Positions 49,907-64,000 of a DNA stretch of 64,000 bases are shown here, one piece after another (position 1 is the first letter of the stretch; every line of letters begins with the position of its first letter). The stretch is from assembly GCF_030384885.1 (NCBI RefSeq), contig NZ_CP128613.1; one strand, written 5' to 3'. Source of the stretch: Escherichia coli. Its GTDB lineage: Bacteria > Pseudomonadota > Gammaproteobacteria > Enterobacterales > Enterobacteriaceae. The position numbers and the translations under genes are program-made. Below the pieces are notes generated by a model, which was not told the origin of the DNA, did no database searches, and saw only the letters and a list, made by a program, of their open reading frames with translations.

Positions 49907-50638
49907 TTAGCTACGCTGGCGTACCGCTTCAAATAAGCAAATGCCGGTCGCTACCGAAACGTTCAGGGAAGAAACGCTTCCTGCCATGGGGATGCTGATC
50001 AACTCATCGCAATGTTCACGAGTCAGGCGACGCATGCCTTCACCTTCTGCGCCCATAACCAGTGCCAGCCGTCCGGTCATTTTGCTCTGATAGAGCGTAT
50101 GATCCGCCTCTCCTGCCGTACCGACGATCCAAATATTCTCTTCCTGCAACATACGCATAGTGCGCGCCAGGTTAGTCACCCGAATCAGCGGAACGCTTTC
50201 TGCCGCGCCGCAGGCCACTTTTTTCGCCGTGGCGTTGAGCTGTGCGGAGCGATCTTTCGGCACAATCACCGCATGAACGCCTGCGGCGTCCGCGCTGCGC
50301 AGGCACGCGCCGAGGTTGTGCGGATCGGTCACACCGTCGAGGATCAGCAGGAACGGTTGTTCGAGCGAAGCGATCAGATCCGGCAGATCGTTTTCCTGAT
50401 ACTGACGTCCTGGCTTCACACGGGCGATAATGCCCTGATGCACGGCACCGTCGCTTTTCTCGTCGAGATATTGGCGGTTTGCCAGCTGGATAACCACGCC
50501 CTGGGACTCAAGGGCGTGAATCAGCGGCAACAGACGTTTATCTTCACGGCCTTTTAAAATAAAGACTTCCTGAAAACGTTCAGGGGCGCGCTCCAGCAGG
50601 GCCTGCACTGCGTGGATGCCGTAAATCATTTCGCTCAT
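49907..50638 (-). CDS. rlmB: 23S rRNA (guanosine2251-2'-O)-methyltransferase RlmB
   Basis: 243-aa SpoU-family ORF; follows rnr. Confidence 0.95.
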   Translation of the reverse strand: MSEMIYGIHAVQALLERAPERFQEVFILKGREDKRLLPLIHALESQGVVIQLANRQYLDEKSDGAVHQGIIARVKPGRQYQENDLPDLIASLEQPFLLILDGVTDPHNLGACLRSADAAGVHAVIVPKDRSAQLNATAKKVACGAAESVPLIRVTNLARTMRMLQEENIWIVGTAGEADHTLYQSKMTGRLALVMGAEGEGMRRLTREHCDELISIPMAGSVSSLNVSVATGICLFEAVRQRS

Positions 50639-50661
50639 TAATGTACTCGTTGTTTACGTTT

Positions 50662-50762
50662 TGCCTGATGCGCTACGCTTATCAGGCCTACATGATCCCT
50701 GCAATGTATTGAATTTGCGTGATTATGTAGGCCGGATAAGGCGTTCACGCCGCATCCGGCAT
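50662..50762. repeat. REP/BIME-like palindromic units
   Basis: gcctgatgcgctacgcttatcaggcctac ... ggccggataaggcgttcacgccgcatccggc between rnr and rlmB. Confidence 0.7.
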
Positions 50763-50818
50763 GAACAAAGCGCATTTTGTCAGCAATCTGACCCTCTTCT
50801 GTTTGAAGAGGGTAATGA

Positions 50819-53260
50819 TCACTCTGCCACTTTTTTCTTCGCCGCACGCTTCGCTTTGGTCGCTGCGGCTATTTTCTGCGTTTTCGCCGATGGCTTTTTC
50901 GATTTTCTCGCGTCTTTCTTCGCCGCTTTCGGCTTCGTTTTTTTCTCGCCACGGAAGGCGCTGTCTGGCTCAAAGTTTACCTTTTTACCGACCTGGCGAC
51001 GCTTGCCGCCTTTTTTGCCTGCATCGCCTTTTTTCGCTTTCTCGCGCGCGGTTTTACCGACGTTGCGCGGTGCGCGTTCGCTGGAGATCAGGCTAAAGTC
51101 GATTTTGCGCTCGTCCATATTAACCGCTTCGACGCGAACTTCCACGCGATCGCCCAGGCGATAAGTCTGGCCGCTGGATTCACCCATCAGGCGTTGTCCC
51201 ACCTGGTCAAAGCGATAGTAGTCATTGTCCAGCGAAGAGACGTGGACCAGACCATCGATGAACAAGTCATCCAGGCGAACAAAGAAGCCAAAACCAGTGA
51301 CGCTGGAAATTACGCCTTTAAAGATGTTACCTACCTGGTCGAGCATGAAGTCACACTTCAGCCAGTCAGCCACATCACGCGTTGCTTCGTCGGCACGACG
51401 TTCCGCCATCGAACAGTGCTGACCCAGTTGCAGCATCTCTTCCATCGAATAATGGTAGCCGCCGGTTTCAGTGGTATTCCCCTGATGCCCCTGCTCTTTC
51501 GCCAGCAGATACTTAATGGCGCGGTGGAGCGTCAGATCAGGATAACGACGAATCGGCGAAGTAAAGTGCGCATAGGACTGCAATGCCAGACCGAAGTGAC
51601 CGCGGTTTTCCGGATCGTAAATCGCTTGTTTCATCGAGCGCAACAGCATGGTTTGCAGCATTTCTGCGTCAGGACGGTCAGCAACCGATTCCAGCAGTTC
51701 CGCGTAGTCACGCGGTTCCGGCTTGTTACCGCCAGGCAATTCCAGCCCCAGTTCCGCCAGCACTGAACGGAAAGAGGTTATCGCTTCGGTGCTCGGCTTG
51801 TCGTGAATACGGAACAGTGCCGGTTCTTTGGCCTTCTCAACGAAACGCGCCGCCGAGATATTCGCCAGAATCATGCACTCTTCAATTAACTTGTGTGCGT
51901 CGTTACGCTGGGTCTGTTCGATACGCTCAATACGGCGTTCAGCGTTGAAAATGAACTTCGCTTCTTCGCTCTCAAACGAGATCCCGCCGCGTTCTTCACG
52001 GGCTTTATCCAGCACTTTATAGAGGTTATGCAGCTCTTCGAGATGCTTAACCAGCGGGGAGTACTGCTCGCGCAGATCCTGATCGCCCTGCAGAATATGC
52101 CAGACTTTGGTGTAGGTCAGACGCGCGTGAGAGCTCATCACCGCTTCATAGAATTTGTAGCCAGTCAGGCGGCCTTTCGACGAAACCGTCATCTCGCACA
52201 CCATACACAGGCGGTCTACCTGCGGGTTGAGCGAACACAGGCCGTTAGAGAGCACTTCCGGCAGCATCGGGATAACCTGCGAAGGGAAGTACACCGACGT
52301 ACCACGGTTACGCGCTTCTCTATCCAGCGGTGTTGGCGGACGCACATAGTAACTGACGTCGGCAATTGCGACCCACAAACGCCAGCCGCCGCCGCGTTTT
52401 TTCTCGCAGTAAACTGCATCGTCAAAGTCACGGGCGTCTTCGCCATCAATGGTGACCAGCGGTAAATCGCGCAGATCGACACGGCCAGCTTTCGCCTCTT
52501 CCGGTACTTCTTCTTTCAGCCCGGCAACCTGTTGCTCAACAGCCTGCGGCCAGATGTACGGAATTTCATGGGTACGCAGGGCGATATCAACCGCCATGCC
52601 GGTGCCCATATTATCGCCCAGCACTTCGACGATTTTACCCACCGCTTTGGTACGGCGAGTCGGGCGTTGGGTCAGTTCAACCACCACCACAAAGCCCATC
52701 CGCGCGCCCATGATCTGATCGGGCGGGATTAAAATATCGAAGCTCAGACGGCTGTCGTCAGGAACCACAAAGCCGACACCCGCTTCAGTAAAGTAGCGAC
52801 CAACAATCTGGCTGGTTTTTGGCACCAGTACGCGGACAATACGCGCTTCACGGCGGCCTTTACGGTCAGCGCCCAGCGGCTGTGCCAGCACCTGATCGCC
52901 ATGAATGCAGGTTTTCATCTGCTCGCTGGAGAGATACAAATCATCTTTACGCCCTTCAACCCGCAGAAAGCCGTAGCCATCACGGTGGCCAATAACGGTA
53001 CCTTTCACCAGGTCGAGGCGTTCCGGCAGCGCATAGCACTGACGGCGAGTAAAGACCAGTTGACCATCGCGCTCCATCGCGCGCAGGCGGCGACGCAGGC
53101 CTTCAAGCTGCTCTTCGCCTTCAATGTGCAGTTCTACCGCCAACTCATCACGGCTGGCCGGTTTTTCACGTTTGGTTAAATGTTCGAGGATAAATTCCCG
53201 ACTAGGGATGGGATTCGCGTATTTTTCAGCTTCGCGTTCCTGGAAAGGATCTTGTGACAT
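50819..53260 (-). CDS. rnr: Ribonuclease R
   Basis: Start set at [13 protein letters not shown] (813 aa); RNB and S1 regions with lysine-rich C-terminal tail. Confidence 0.95.
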   Translation of the reverse strand: MSQDPFQEREAEKYANPIPSREFILEHLTKREKPASRDELAVELHIEGEEQLEGLRRRLRAMERDGQLVFTRRQCYALPERLDLVKGTVIGHRDGYGFLRVEGRKDDLYLSSEQMKTCIHGDQVLAQPLGADRKGRREARIVRVLVPKTSQIVGRYFTEAGVGFVVPDDSRLSFDILIPPDQIMGARMGFVVVVELTQRPTRRTKAVGKIVEVLGDNMGTGMAVDIALRTHEIPYIWPQAVEQQVAGLKEEVPEEAKAGRVDLRDLPLVTIDGEDARDFDDAVYCEKKRGGGWRLWVAIADVSYYVRPPTPLDREARNRGTSVYFPSQVIPMLPEVLSNGLCSLNPQVDRLCMVCEMTVSSKGRLTGYKFYEAVMSSHARLTYTKVWHILQGDQDLREQYSPLVKHLEELHNLYKVLDKAREERGGISFESEEAKFIFNAERRIERIEQTQRNDAHKLIEECMILANISAARFVEKAKEPALFRIHDKPSTEAITSFRSVLAELGLELPGGNKPEPRDYAELLESVADRPDAEMLQTMLLRSMKQAIYDPENRGHFGLALQSYAHFTSPIRRYPDLTLHRAIKYLLAKEQGHQGNTTETGGYHYSMEEMLQLGQHCSMAERRADEATRDVADWLKCDFMLDQVGNIFKGVISSVTGFGFFVRLDDLFIDGLVHVSSLDNDYYRFDQVGQRLMGESSGQTYRLGDRVEVRVEAVNMDERKIDFSLISSERAPRNVGKTAREKAKKGDAGKKGGKRRQVGKKVNFEPDSAFRGEKKTKPKAAKKDARKSKKPSAKTQKIAAATKAKRAAKKKVAE

Positions 53261-53298
53261 CTCGGTTCCTCCGTTGTCATCTCTGATGAAGATTTTCG

Positions 53299-53724
53299 TC
53301 ACTCCACCAGCAATAATTTATAAAGCGGTTGATTCTCTTCAACCAAATCGGCAAGCGTGTAGTTATCCAGTTCCGTAAGAAAACTTTGCACGGCCTTAGA
53401 AAGTGCCTGTTTCAACCGACAGGCAGGTGTAATGTGGCAAAACTCACTGCTGCAATTCACCAGCGATAAAGGTTCCAGCTCGCGCACCACATCACCAATA
53501 CGTATCGCACTCGCCGGTTTCCCCAGGCGAATGCCGCCATTTTTTCCACGAACAGCAGTCACGTAGCCGGCACGACTAAGTTGATTGATTATTTTGACCA
53601 TATGATTACGGGAGACGCCGTAGACGTCAGTCACTTCAGAAATACTGGTCATCCGCCCTTCTGGCAATGACGCCATGTAGATCAGCGCACGTAATCCGTA
53701 ATCAGTGAAACTCGTTAACTGCAC
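53299..53724 (-). CDS. nsrR: Nitric-oxide-sensing repressor NsrR (Rrf2 family)
   Basis: 141-aa ORF with Rrf2 HTH and three Cys ligands. Confidence 0.95.
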
Positions 53725-53928
53725 ATCAACCTCAAAAGGGAAATCGGGAAAAAATACATTTATATTGATGATAAACCAGCCACAAGCTGTGTCGCTAATT
53801 TATTTCAGTTTGGGGAAGGAAAAAAGCGAGGATTTAACACTGTGTCGGAAAGCGTAATGGCTTAACCGACACAGCAATGTATCACACTGTTAGCCCGGCA
53901 GGCAAAATATCTGCCAGGCGTACCAGAA

Positions 53929-55230
<1,302 letters not shown>

Positions 55231-55330
55231 TCAAAATCACCGTTTGCTTAAAAATGGATTCTACCATCGCTTTTTCAGAGTTACAGCACTTTTTGCACTC
55301 AAAAATGACCTCGATCAGTCTGTTTTTTGT

Positions 55331-55528
55331 TCAGCCAATCGTTTTCCTCAACATGTAGTAGACCACAACGCCCGCAACCACAAGTCCACCGCCAAAACGA
55401 CGTAAAATATTATCGGGCAAATTGGTCATCGCAGCGATCATCTTCTTCCATGCCTTCGGGTAAAGCATCGGCCCTAAACCTTCCAGCACCAAAACCAGGG
55501 CAAGCGCCAGCCAGATTGTCGAATTCAT
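55331..55528 (-). CDS. yjeT: DUF2065 small membrane protein YjeT
   Basis: 65-aa hydrophobic ORF between hflC and purA. Confidence 0.8.
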   Translation of the reverse strand: MNSTIWLALALVLVLEGLGPMLYPKAWKKMIAAMTNLPDNILRRFGGGLVVAGVVVYYMLRKTIG

Positions 55529-55609
55529 TCATTATCCTTATAGAAAAAGAAAACCACCGACATCCCTGAGGATGCGGTGGCTTTATTGACCTGTACCGCA
55601 GTCGTTATA

Positions 55610-56614
55610 TTAACGCGTTGCGGAAGTCGGCGTCTTCATGTAGCGGAAGAAATCGCTGTCCGGGCTCATGACCATCACGTCCTGATTGCCAGAGAAGCTG
55701 TTCTCATAAGCACGCAGGCTACGGATGAATGCGTAGAAGTCCGGATCTTTACTGAATGCATCAGCAAACAGTTTGGCTGCTTCTGCATCGCCTTCACCAC
55801 GCATGATGCGGCCCTGACGCTCCGCTTCTGCCAGCGTTCTGGTCACTTCATAGTCGGCAGTCGCGCGCAGTTTTTCCGCTTCTTCCTGACCTTGTGAACG
55901 GTGACGACGTGCTACCGCTTCACGCTCGGCGCGCATGCGGTTGTAGATCGCTTCAGACACTTCGGTCGGCAGGTTGATCTGCTTGATACGCACATCGACA
56001 ACTTCAATACCCAGCGCCGCCATACTGTTCGGGTTGATGACCGGTACTTTACCCTTCGTCTCAGCCGTTACGCGCTCTGCCGCTTCGGCAATGGCGTTAT
56101 CTGCAGCCGGAGTAGTAACTTCATCTTCTGTACCCGCAGAACCGGAGTTTAGCGCGTCACGTACTTCCAGGGTCAGACGACCACGAGAATCGGTGACGAT
56201 GTCTTTCACATCCAGACGACCAATTTCAGAACGCAGACGGTCAGAGAACTTACGTTTCAACAGCACTTCCGCTTGCGAAATGTCGCCACCGCCCGTTGCC
56301 AGGTAGTAACGACTGAAATCACTGATGCGCCATTTGATGTAAGAGTCGACGATCAGGTCTTTCTTCTCTTTAGTCACAAAGCGGTCGGCCTGGTTGTCCA
56401 TGGTCTGAATACGTGCATCAAGCATTTTCACCGTTTCAATGAACGGTATCTTGAAATGCAGACCCGGCTCATAAACCAGAGGTTTGTTGTCATCGTCACG
56501 CAGTACCTTACCAAAACGCAGCGTAATACCGCGCTCACCTTCTTTGACGACAAAGACAGACATGTAAAGCACTACCAGCACGATGATGATAATCGCGATA
56601 ACTGACTTACGCAT
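55610..56614 (-). CDS. hflC: Modulator of FtsH protease HflC
   Basis: 334-aa SPFH/band-7 protein; follows hflK. Confidence 0.95.
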   Translation of the reverse strand: MRKSVIAIIIIVLVVLYMSVFVVKEGERGITLRFGKVLRDDDNKPLVYEPGLHFKIPFIETVKMLDARIQTMDNQADRFVTKEKKDLIVDSYIKWRISDFSRYYLATGGGDISQAEVLLKRKFSDRLRSEIGRLDVKDIVTDSRGRLTLEVRDALNSGSAGTEDEVTTPAADNAIAEAAERVTAETKGKVPVINPNSMAALGIEVVDVRIKQINLPTEVSEAIYNRMRAEREAVARRHRSQGQEEAEKLRATADYEVTRTLAEAERQGRIMRGEGDAEAAKLFADAFSKDPDFYAFIRSLRAYENSFSGNQDVMVMSPDSDFFRYMKTPTSATR

Positions 56615-56616
56615 CG

Positions 56617-57876
56617 TTATTCCCCCTGACGCTGGTAGTCGTTACGCTGCGCGTTAGCGCGGCGTTGGTCCATAATATCGCCCTGACTGGTGGACGACGT
56701 GTTGCTTGCTCCACTGGTTGTGGAGGAAGAGGCTGGCGGCAGACGCAGCAGATTGCTGGCACCGTTATCGCTCTTCGCCGCAGGGGCGTTACCACCTTTC
56801 AGCATCTGGTCTAACGGCAGAACCATCAGGTTGCCACCTTTATCGTTAACCAGCACTTTGCGGGTGTTGCCCAACACTTTTTCCATCGTCTCGATATACA
56901 GACGCTCGCGGGTAATTTCCGGCGCAGCTTTATATTCCGGCAGAAGTTTAGCAAAGCGTGCCACTTCACCCTGGGCTTCCAGGATAGTCTGAGCCTTGTA
57001 CGCACGCGCCTCTTCGAGGATACGTTGCGCCTGACCGTTCGCACGCGGCTGAACTTCGTTGGTATACGCTTCTGCTTCACGAATGTATTGCTGTTCGTTT
57101 TCACGCGCGGCAATCGCATCGTCAAACGCCGCTTTTACTTCTTCCGGCGGACGAGCTGCCTGGAAGTTGACGTCCAGCAGAGTGATACCCATGTCATACG
57201 GACGAATCGTCTCTTCCAGTTCGCGCTGAGTATCGCTACGAATCACGGTACGACCTTCCGTCAGAATGCGGTCCATGGTGTATTTACCGATAACCCCACG
57301 CAGGGCGCTGTCGGTAGCCTGACGCAGGCTGTCATCCGGGCTGGTCACGCTATATAGATATTTTTCCGGATTGGTGACGCGGTACTGTACGTTCATCTCA
57401 ACGCGCACCACGTTTTCGTCCGACGTCAGCATCACACCGGAAGCAGCCAGTTCACGCACGGCTTCCACATTCACCGGTTTGACTTCGTCGATAAACGTCG
57501 GTTTCCAGTTCAGACCCGGCTCAACCAGATGGCTGAATTTACCAAAGCGTGTTACCACGCCGCGTTCGGCTTCTTTAATGGTGTAGAAACCACTGGCCGC
57601 CCAAATAATGACAATCGCTGCCGCTGCGATGGTAACGACACGACCGCCAAGCTGCGGGCGCGGGCCTTGCGATGAATTACCACCGCCAGATCCGGTGCCT
57701 TTACCGCCGCCCAGACCACCGAGCTTTTTGCTCAGTTTGCGGAAGATATCATCTAAATCAGGTGGCCCTTGATCGCGACCGCCTTTGTTTCCATTTCCCT
57801 CAGAGTTGCCGCCAGGTTTGCTGCTTCCCCACGGGTCGCGGTCTTGTCCGTTATTACCGGGCTGATTCCACGCCAT
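56617..57876 (-). CDS. hflK: Modulator of FtsH protease HflK
   Basis: 419-aa SPFH protein with Gly-rich N-terminus. Confidence 0.95.
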   Translation of the reverse strand: MAWNQPGNNGQDRDPWGSSKPGGNSEGNGNKGGRDQGPPDLDDIFRKLSKKLGGLGGGKGTGSGGGNSSQGPRPQLGGRVVTIAAAAIVIIWAASGFYTIKEAERGVVTRFGKFSHLVEPGLNWKPTFIDEVKPVNVEAVRELAASGVMLTSDENVVRVEMNVQYRVTNPEKYLYSVTSPDDSLRQATDSALRGVIGKYTMDRILTEGRTVIRSDTQRELEETIRPYDMGITLLDVNFQAARPPEEVKAAFDDAIAARENEQQYIREAEAYTNEVQPRANGQAQRILEEARAYKAQTILEAQGEVARFAKLLPEYKAAPEITRERLYIETMEKVLGNTRKVLVNDKGGNLMVLPLDQMLKGGNAPAAKSDNGASNLLRLPPASSSTTSGASNTSSTSQGDIMDQRRANAQRNDYQRQGE

Positions 57877-57961
57877 GTTTGTGCTCCATATTTGTTATGC
57901 GGTGATCCCTGTTGTCTTTCGACGCCAGAGGATATGACTCCACGCTTCAGACGCTACGCCG

Positions 57962-59242
57962 TTAGATCAGGTAATCGATCAACGCCGGTTCTTGTTTACA
58001 GAGGCGACGCCAGTCAACGATCGGCATACGAACTTGCAGACTTACGCTGCCGTCCTCCTCCATCCACTCTTTTTCTATTGCCTGAAGCTGATAAAAACGA
58101 CTTCTCAGACGCCCTTCCTGCGGTGGCAGACGCAATGTATGCTGCGCCACCTCGCCGGAAAGCCGCTCCGTCAAAGCCTGAAAAAGCTGTGGTATCCCCG
58201 CTCCGGTCTGTGCGGAAAGCCAGACACGGATCGGTTTGTTCTCTTCGTCCCGATCAATACGCGGTTCGAAATCTTCCAGCATATCGATCTTGTTCATCAC
58301 CAGCAGGGTTGGGATCTCGTGAGCATCGATCTCTTCAAGAACCGTATTCACCGCTTCGATGTTTTCTTGTACTCGCACATCTGCCGCGTCAATGACGTGC
58401 AGCAGCAATGTGGCTTGCCGCGTCTCTTGTAACGTGGCTTTAAATGCCGCCACCAGATCGTGCGGCAGGTGGCGAATAAACCCTACGGTATCTGCCAACA
58501 CGGTTTCACCGACATCCGCGACGTCAATACGCCGCAACGTCGGGTCGAGGGTGGCAAACAACTGGTCTGCCGCATAGACCCGCGCTTCGGTGATGCGATT
58601 GAAAAGGGTAGATTTACCGGCGTTGGTATATCCCACCAGCGAAACAGTAGGAACGTCGGCTTTGATACGCGATTGCCGCCCCTGCTCACGCTGTTTTTCA
58701 ACTCTTTCCAGGCGCGACTGTATCTGCACGATGCGATTACGCAACAAACGACGGTCGGTTTCGAGCTGGGTTTCACCCGGACCACGCAAACCGATCCCGC
58801 CTTTCTGTCTTTCAAGGTGGGTCCAGCCACGCACCAGGCGCGTAGCCAGATGGCGCAACTGCGCCAGCTCAACCTGCAACTTACCCTCATGGGTACGCGC
58901 ACGCTGGGCGAAAATATCTAAAATAAGGCCGGTGCGGTCGATAACACGACACTCGCACAAACGCTCCAGGTTACGCTCTTGCGCCGGGCTCAGGGCATGG
59001 TCAAAAAGAACGACCGAAGCACCCGTCGCTTTGACAGCTTCCGCAATTTCAACTGCTTTACCTTCACCTACAAAATACTTTGGGTGCGGCGCTTTACGGC
59101 TACCGGTAATCACCTGCAATGCTTCGACACCGGCGGAAGAGACCAGAGATTCAAACTCCTGGAGGTCTTCCATATCTTTGTCTTGCGTAAAATAGATGTG
59201 TACCAGTACCGCCTGCTCACCAGCATCATAACGGTCAAACAA
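57962..59242 (-). CDS. hflX: GTPase HflX
   Basis: 426-aa ORF with G1 motif GYTNAGKST. Confidence 0.95.
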   Translation of the reverse strand: MFDRYDAGEQAVLVHIYFTQDKDMEDLQEFESLVSSAGVEALQVITGSRKAPHPKYFVGEGKAVEIAEAVKATGASVVLFDHALSPAQERNLERLCECRVIDRTGLILDIFAQRARTHEGKLQVELAQLRHLATRLVRGWTHLERQKGGIGLRGPGETQLETDRRLLRNRIVQIQSRLERVEKQREQGRQSRIKADVPTVSLVGYTNAGKSTLFNRITEARVYAADQLFATLDPTLRRIDVADVGETVLADTVGFIRHLPHDLVAAFKATLQETRQATLLLHVIDAADVRVQENIEAVNTVLEEIDAHEIPTLLVMNKIDMLEDFEPRIDRDEENKPIRVWLSAQTGAGIPQLFQALTERLSGEVAQHTLRLPPQEGRLRSRFYQLQAIEKEWMEEDGSVSLQVRMPIVDWRRLCKQEPALIDYLI

Positions 59243-59318
59243 GCGTATAACCCTCTAAATAGATCAGCGGGGAACGCAGGATCGCTGGCTCCCCGTGTAA
59301 AAAAAACAGCATGAAACC

Positions 59319-59639
<321 letters not shown>

Positions 59640-59712
59640 TTATATGCTTATTTGTACTTTGAACCTTTCGATTCTGAAAAAATTGCGCACGATACGTCTC
59701 AATTGTACACAT

Positions 59713-60663
59713 TCAGCCTGCGATAGCACCAACAACCTGTAATACTTCATCACGCGCCTGTTCTGGTTTTTCACTGTCAAGCCAGTGAACCCCTTCCCAA
59801 CCACGCAGCCAGGTTATCTGCCGCTTCGCCAACTGTCTCGTGGCGCAAACACCTCGATAAACCATTTCATCGTATGAGATTTCGCCTTCAAGGTAAGACC
59901 ACATCTGGCGATAACCCACGCAACGAATGGAAGGCAAGTCCGTATGCAAATCTCCTCGGGCAAAAAGCGCCCGGACTTCTGCTTCAAAACCTGAAGCCAA
60001 CATCTGATGAAAACGCTGCTCAATTCGTTGATGGAGCAGTTCACGGCTCGCCGGGGCGATGGCGAACTGATGCACCTGATACGGTAGAGCGTCTCCTGAC
60101 GTTTGCGTCAGTTCCGTTAAAGTTTTACCCGAAATGAAAAAAACTTCCAGTGCCCGGGAAAGCCTTTGTGGATCATTTGGATGAATCCTTGCTGCCGCAA
60201 CCGGATCGATCTCCTGAAGTTGACGATGCAATGACTCCCAACCTTGCTCTGCCGCCTGTTGCTCAATTCTGGCCCGCACTTCGGGGTCTGCCGACGGTAG
60301 CGGCGACAACCCTTCCAGCAATGCCTTGAAATACAACATCGTACCGCCCACTAATAGTGGGATCCGCCCCGCCGCGGTGATATCAGCCATTTCCGCCAGC
60401 GCATCGCGGCGAAAATCAGCGGCCGAATAAGCCTGCGACGGATCGCGAATATCCAGCAATCGGTGCGGCGCGGCGAGTAACTCTTCAGCGTTCGGCTTCG
60501 CCGTCCCGATATCCATCCCTTTGTAAATAAGGGCAGAATCAACGCTTATCAACTCTACTGGTAAAATTTTACGCAGCTCAATGGCTAACGCCGTTTTACC
60601 GGAGGCCGTCGGCCCCATCAAAAAAATCGCCTTAGGCAGGCTCGCCTTACTGATATCACTCAT
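59713..60663 (-). CDS. miaA: tRNA dimethylallyltransferase MiaA
   Basis: 316 aa with P-loop GPTASGKT; overlaps the mutL 3' end. Confidence 0.95.
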
Positions 60664-62503
60664 CTTTCAGGGCTTTTATCGCCGGATGTAAATCAACAGA
60701 TTGTAACAGACCACCCGGCGGCGTTTTCACAAGTTGCGGACATAACCGTTCCACGTCCGCCAGCAGGGTGATGGCCTGTGCCATTGACCACTGCGCATGT
60801 TCGCTCATCAGATTTCGTGCAATCCACTGCGCAATATTGCCAGGTTCGAATACGGACTGCTTCGCCAGGTAGCCTATCAGTTCAGGAATCAAGATTTGTA
60901 AATTTTGTTGGCGTAAGGGTAAAGGCACGGCCCTGATGGTCACATACTGTGCATCGGACTGGAAATCAATACCCAATTCCGCCAGGGCAGACTGCGCTTT
61001 TTCTAATGCCGATTTTTCTTCGCCAGAAACTTTTAGCCGCAACGGAATAAGCAACGGCTGAGCGCAAACTGGCGTTTCACCCGGCGTCAACTGCGCCTGA
61101 CGCAGCCAACGTTCTGCCACTGGCAGGGCTAAAAGTGAAATGTTGCCGTCGCGCTCCAGCAACGCACAGTCGGAATGGACGATAGTCAGTACTCGACCAA
61201 AACTCTGACTGTTCGCCGCAAGCGCTGGCTCCTGCGGTTCAGGTGCTTTTGGTTTTTGCATCGGCGCAGGCGTTTGCAAAAGCTGGCGATACACTTCACC
61301 TTGCTGTTTCTGGTAGCCTGGCTGCGCATTCGGCCAGGAAGCTGCTGGACGACCACCAGAGGCGGGCGCAGGAGAGTAGCGGGGGGCTACCGGTTCACGA
61401 ACTGCCGGTTCAGCAAAATGATTACGCCCGGCGGCCACGCGGTTCTCCGGAATGGTGCGCGGTGCAGGTTGAGGTTCATCGTCCAGTGGCAGCGGCGTTT
61501 CCAGCTGTTGTTGTAGCACACTCAGCACGCCCTGATAGATAAAGTCGTGCACCAGACGCGACTGATGGAAACGCACTTCGTGTTTGGCGGGGTGCACGTT
61601 GACGTCCACTTGATGTGGGTCGATCTCCAGATACAACACAAATGCCGGTTGCTGATCGGCCCCCAGTTTGTCTTCACAGGCCTGACGGATCGCATGATTG
61701 ATCAGGCGATCGCGCATCATGCGACCATTCACGTAGCAATACTGAATTTCTGCCAGTGCGGGCGTGGTGTGATTCGGATCTGCCACCCAGCCGCGCAGCG
61801 TGAGATCGCCGTGTTGCCATTCAATCGCCAGCGCTTGTTCGAGAAAAGCGGTGCCGCAAATCGCGCCTAAGCGCCGTTCTTTTTGCCCGCCTTCCGGCAC
61901 TGCGCGGTACTGGCGAACTATTTTGCCGTTATGCGACAGATTGATAGTGACGTCGAAACGCGCCAGCGCAATGCGGCGGATGATTTCATCAATATGGTTA
62001 AATTCGGTTTTCTCGGTACGCAGGAATTTGCGCCGCGCCGGGGTATTGTAGAACAGATCCAGCACTTCCAGCGTCGTTCCCACCGGATGCGCCGCCGGTT
62101 TAACCGTCACGTCCATATCGCGCCCTTCGGCATACGCTTGCCATGCCTCCTGCTGCTCTGCGGTGCGCGAAGTGAGCGTCAGACGGGAAACTGAACTGAT
62201 ACTCGCCAGCGCCTCACCGCGGAACCCCAGGCTGATAATAGCTTCGAGATCGTCCAGAGAGGCGATTTTACTGGTAGCATGACGCGCCAGCGCCAGCGCC
62301 AGTTCATCTTTTTTGATACCGCAGCCGTTATCACGAATGCGGATAAGTTTCGCCCCACCGCGTTCGATATCAATATCAATACGCGTCGCACCCGCATCGA
62401 GGCTGTTTTCCACCAGTTCTTTGACTACCGACGCAGGTCGCTCGACCACCTCACCTGCGGCAATCTGGTTCGCCAGTTGTGGCGGTAAGACCTGAATTGG
62501 CAT
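60656..62503 (-). CDS. mutL: DNA mismatch repair protein MutL
   Basis: Start set at [23 protein letters not shown] (615 aa); GHKL ATPase motifs. Confidence 0.95.
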
Positions 62504-62512
62504 CAATCATCC

Positions 62513-63850
62513 TTAGTTTGGCAGCGTGCGATCTGGCGTCGTCACCGTGCTGGCCGTTTGTGCCGTTGCCCCCTGCGGCGCAGATTGCATCGGATGCGCA
62601 AGGAAATAATTGCGCAGGCCTTTGTAAATGGCTTCTGCCAGCTGTTGTTGGTAATCGTCGCTCGCCAGCAAACGTTCTTCGCTGTTGTTACTGATAAAAC
62701 CGGTTTCGACCAGTACTGATGGGATATCCGGCGAACGCAGAACGCCAAGGCTGGCGTGTTCTGGTCGACGTTTATGAATTTCGCCGATGCGTTGCAACTG
62801 ACTGATCATACTGGTCGCCACATCATACCCTACCCGCTGGGAATGACCGAACTGTAAATCCAGCACCGCCTGGCTTAAATACGGGTCAGACTGACTGTTC
62901 GCCAGCACATCGCCCGCTCCGCCCAGCAGCTCCGACTGTTTCTCGTGCTGCTCCAGCCAGCTGGCCATTTCGCTGTTGGCGCGACGGTTAGAGAGCACCC
63001 ATACGGAAGCGCCAGTCGCACTGCGGTTCGGTGCGGCATCAGCGTGAATCGACACGAGGAAATTAGCGTTTTGCTTACGTGCCACATCGCTGCGCCCCAT
63101 CACCGAGATAAAGTAATCCCCGTCACGGGTTAAAACGCCCTTAAACATTGGATCGTCATTGAGCAAAGTACGCAATTTACGTGCGATGGCGATGGTGACA
63201 TTTTTCTCCCGCGTACCACCGGGGCCGATAGCGCCAGGATCCTGACCGCCGTGTCCGGCATCAATAGCGATGATAATTTTATCGCCTGTGTTAGCCGTCG
63301 CGCGCGCTGCCGGACGCGTTACCGTATTACTGCTGATAATACCCGTAGTGCGGTTACTTTCGGTTTTAAACGGATTGCGCGCTGGTTCGCTGACGCGCGG
63401 TGCGACAACCGCAGGCGTTTCAACGCGTTTCGCAACCACAGGCGGCGGAGGAGGCGGTGGTGGAACATCGGCGTTAATCGTAAAGACGACAGTGTAATTG
63501 CTACCATTCTGCCGCTTCACCGCTTCGGTTTTACCGTTTTCGGTGAGATCGACCACTAGCCGTAGCGTTTGTGCATCTTTAGGCGTTCCAGAGCGAATCG
63601 CCTTCACCAGATTATTACCGCTGAACAACAACGGTAGCCCCTGAATCACGCCCGTTTGTTTGATATCGAGCGCCACGGTGCGTTTGTTTTGATGGCTAAA
63701 CGCGTAATCAGGATCGCCAGTAAAACTCAATGTTATTCGCGCCTGTTGATTACCGTTAGAAACCTGAATATCAGAGAGCGTAGCGGCGCCAGCCTGCGCG
63801 CACAGCAGCAGCAGCGTCGCTACCAACCAATTTCTGATGCGATACATCAT
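62513..63850 (-). CDS. amiB: N-acetylmuramoyl-L-alanine amidase AmiB
   Basis: Start set at [22 protein letters not shown] (445 aa); eight-proline linker; amidase_3 domain. Confidence 0.93.
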   Translation of the reverse strand: MMYRIRNWLVATLLLLCAQAGAATLSDIQVSNGNQQARITLSFTGDPDYAFSHQNKRTVALDIKQTGVIQGLPLLFSGNNLVKAIRSGTPKDAQTLRLVVDLTENGKTEAVKRQNGSNYTVVFTINADVPPPPPPPPVVAKRVETPAVVAPRVSEPARNPFKTESNRTTGIISSNTVTRPAARATANTGDKIIIAIDAGHGGQDPGAIGPGGTREKNVTIAIARKLRTLLNDDPMFKGVLTRDGDYFISVMGRSDVARKQNANFLVSIHADAAPNRSATGASVWVLSNRRANSEMASWLEQHEKQSELLGGAGDVLANSQSDPYLSQAVLDLQFGHSQRVGYDVATSMISQLQRIGEIHKRRPEHASLGVLRSPDIPSVLVETGFISNNSEERLLASDDYQQQLAEAIYKGLRNYFLAHPMQSAPQGATAQTASTVTTPDRTLPN

Positions 63851-63867
63851 CCCGCCACCTTTCAAAG

Positions 63868-64000
<133 letters not shown>

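Noticed and set aside
51194-52465. Multiple 60-190 aa plus-strand ORFs antisense to rnr
   Set aside because: Shadow ORFs within RNase R; no independent support.
53840-53875. Hairpin ctgtgtcgg...ccgacacag in the nsrR-purA spacer as the purA terminator
   Set aside because: 17-nt loop and the T-run is about 15 nt away from the stem; could equally be a regulatory stem-loop, not confidently assignable.

Overview
This window reads as an Escherichia coli-type chromosomal segment, syntenic in reverse orientation with the K-12 region ytfQ-ppa-ytfP-tamBA-msrA ... ula operon ... yjfIJKLMC-rlmB-rnr-nsrR-purA-hflCKX-hfq-miaA-mutL-amiB-tsaE. About 65 protein-coding genes are supported, most because the supplied ORF translations match well-known E. 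coli proteins as I recall them; where the ORF track over-extends the N-terminus I give the conventional start. I found no rRNA or tRNA genes, no CRISPR array, and no transposase, integrase or phage genes. Five REP/BIME clusters and several intrinsic terminators are readable directly. Three places differ from K-12 gene order as I remember it (all gene-order comparisons are from memory, not a search): (1) a 1.07 kb potassium-channel-like module (pore ORF plus RCK-domain ORF in the same frame, separated by one TAA) sits between yjfJ and yjfK with overlapping start/stop codons on both sides; (2) a ~9.7 kb block between ytfB and rplI encodes a TetR-family regulator divergent from an eight-gene operon (SDR, TIM-barrel isomerase-like, crotonase, family-I CoA-transferase, Frd/Sdh-like flavoprotein, TRAP transporter DctQMP) where K-12 has yjfZ-ytfA; (3) the chpS-chpB toxin-antitoxin pair is absent between ppa and ytfP. 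The channel module and the TRAP/CoA-transferase locus are the best candidates for something undescribed. All domain calls are from motif reading by eye, not from a database search.
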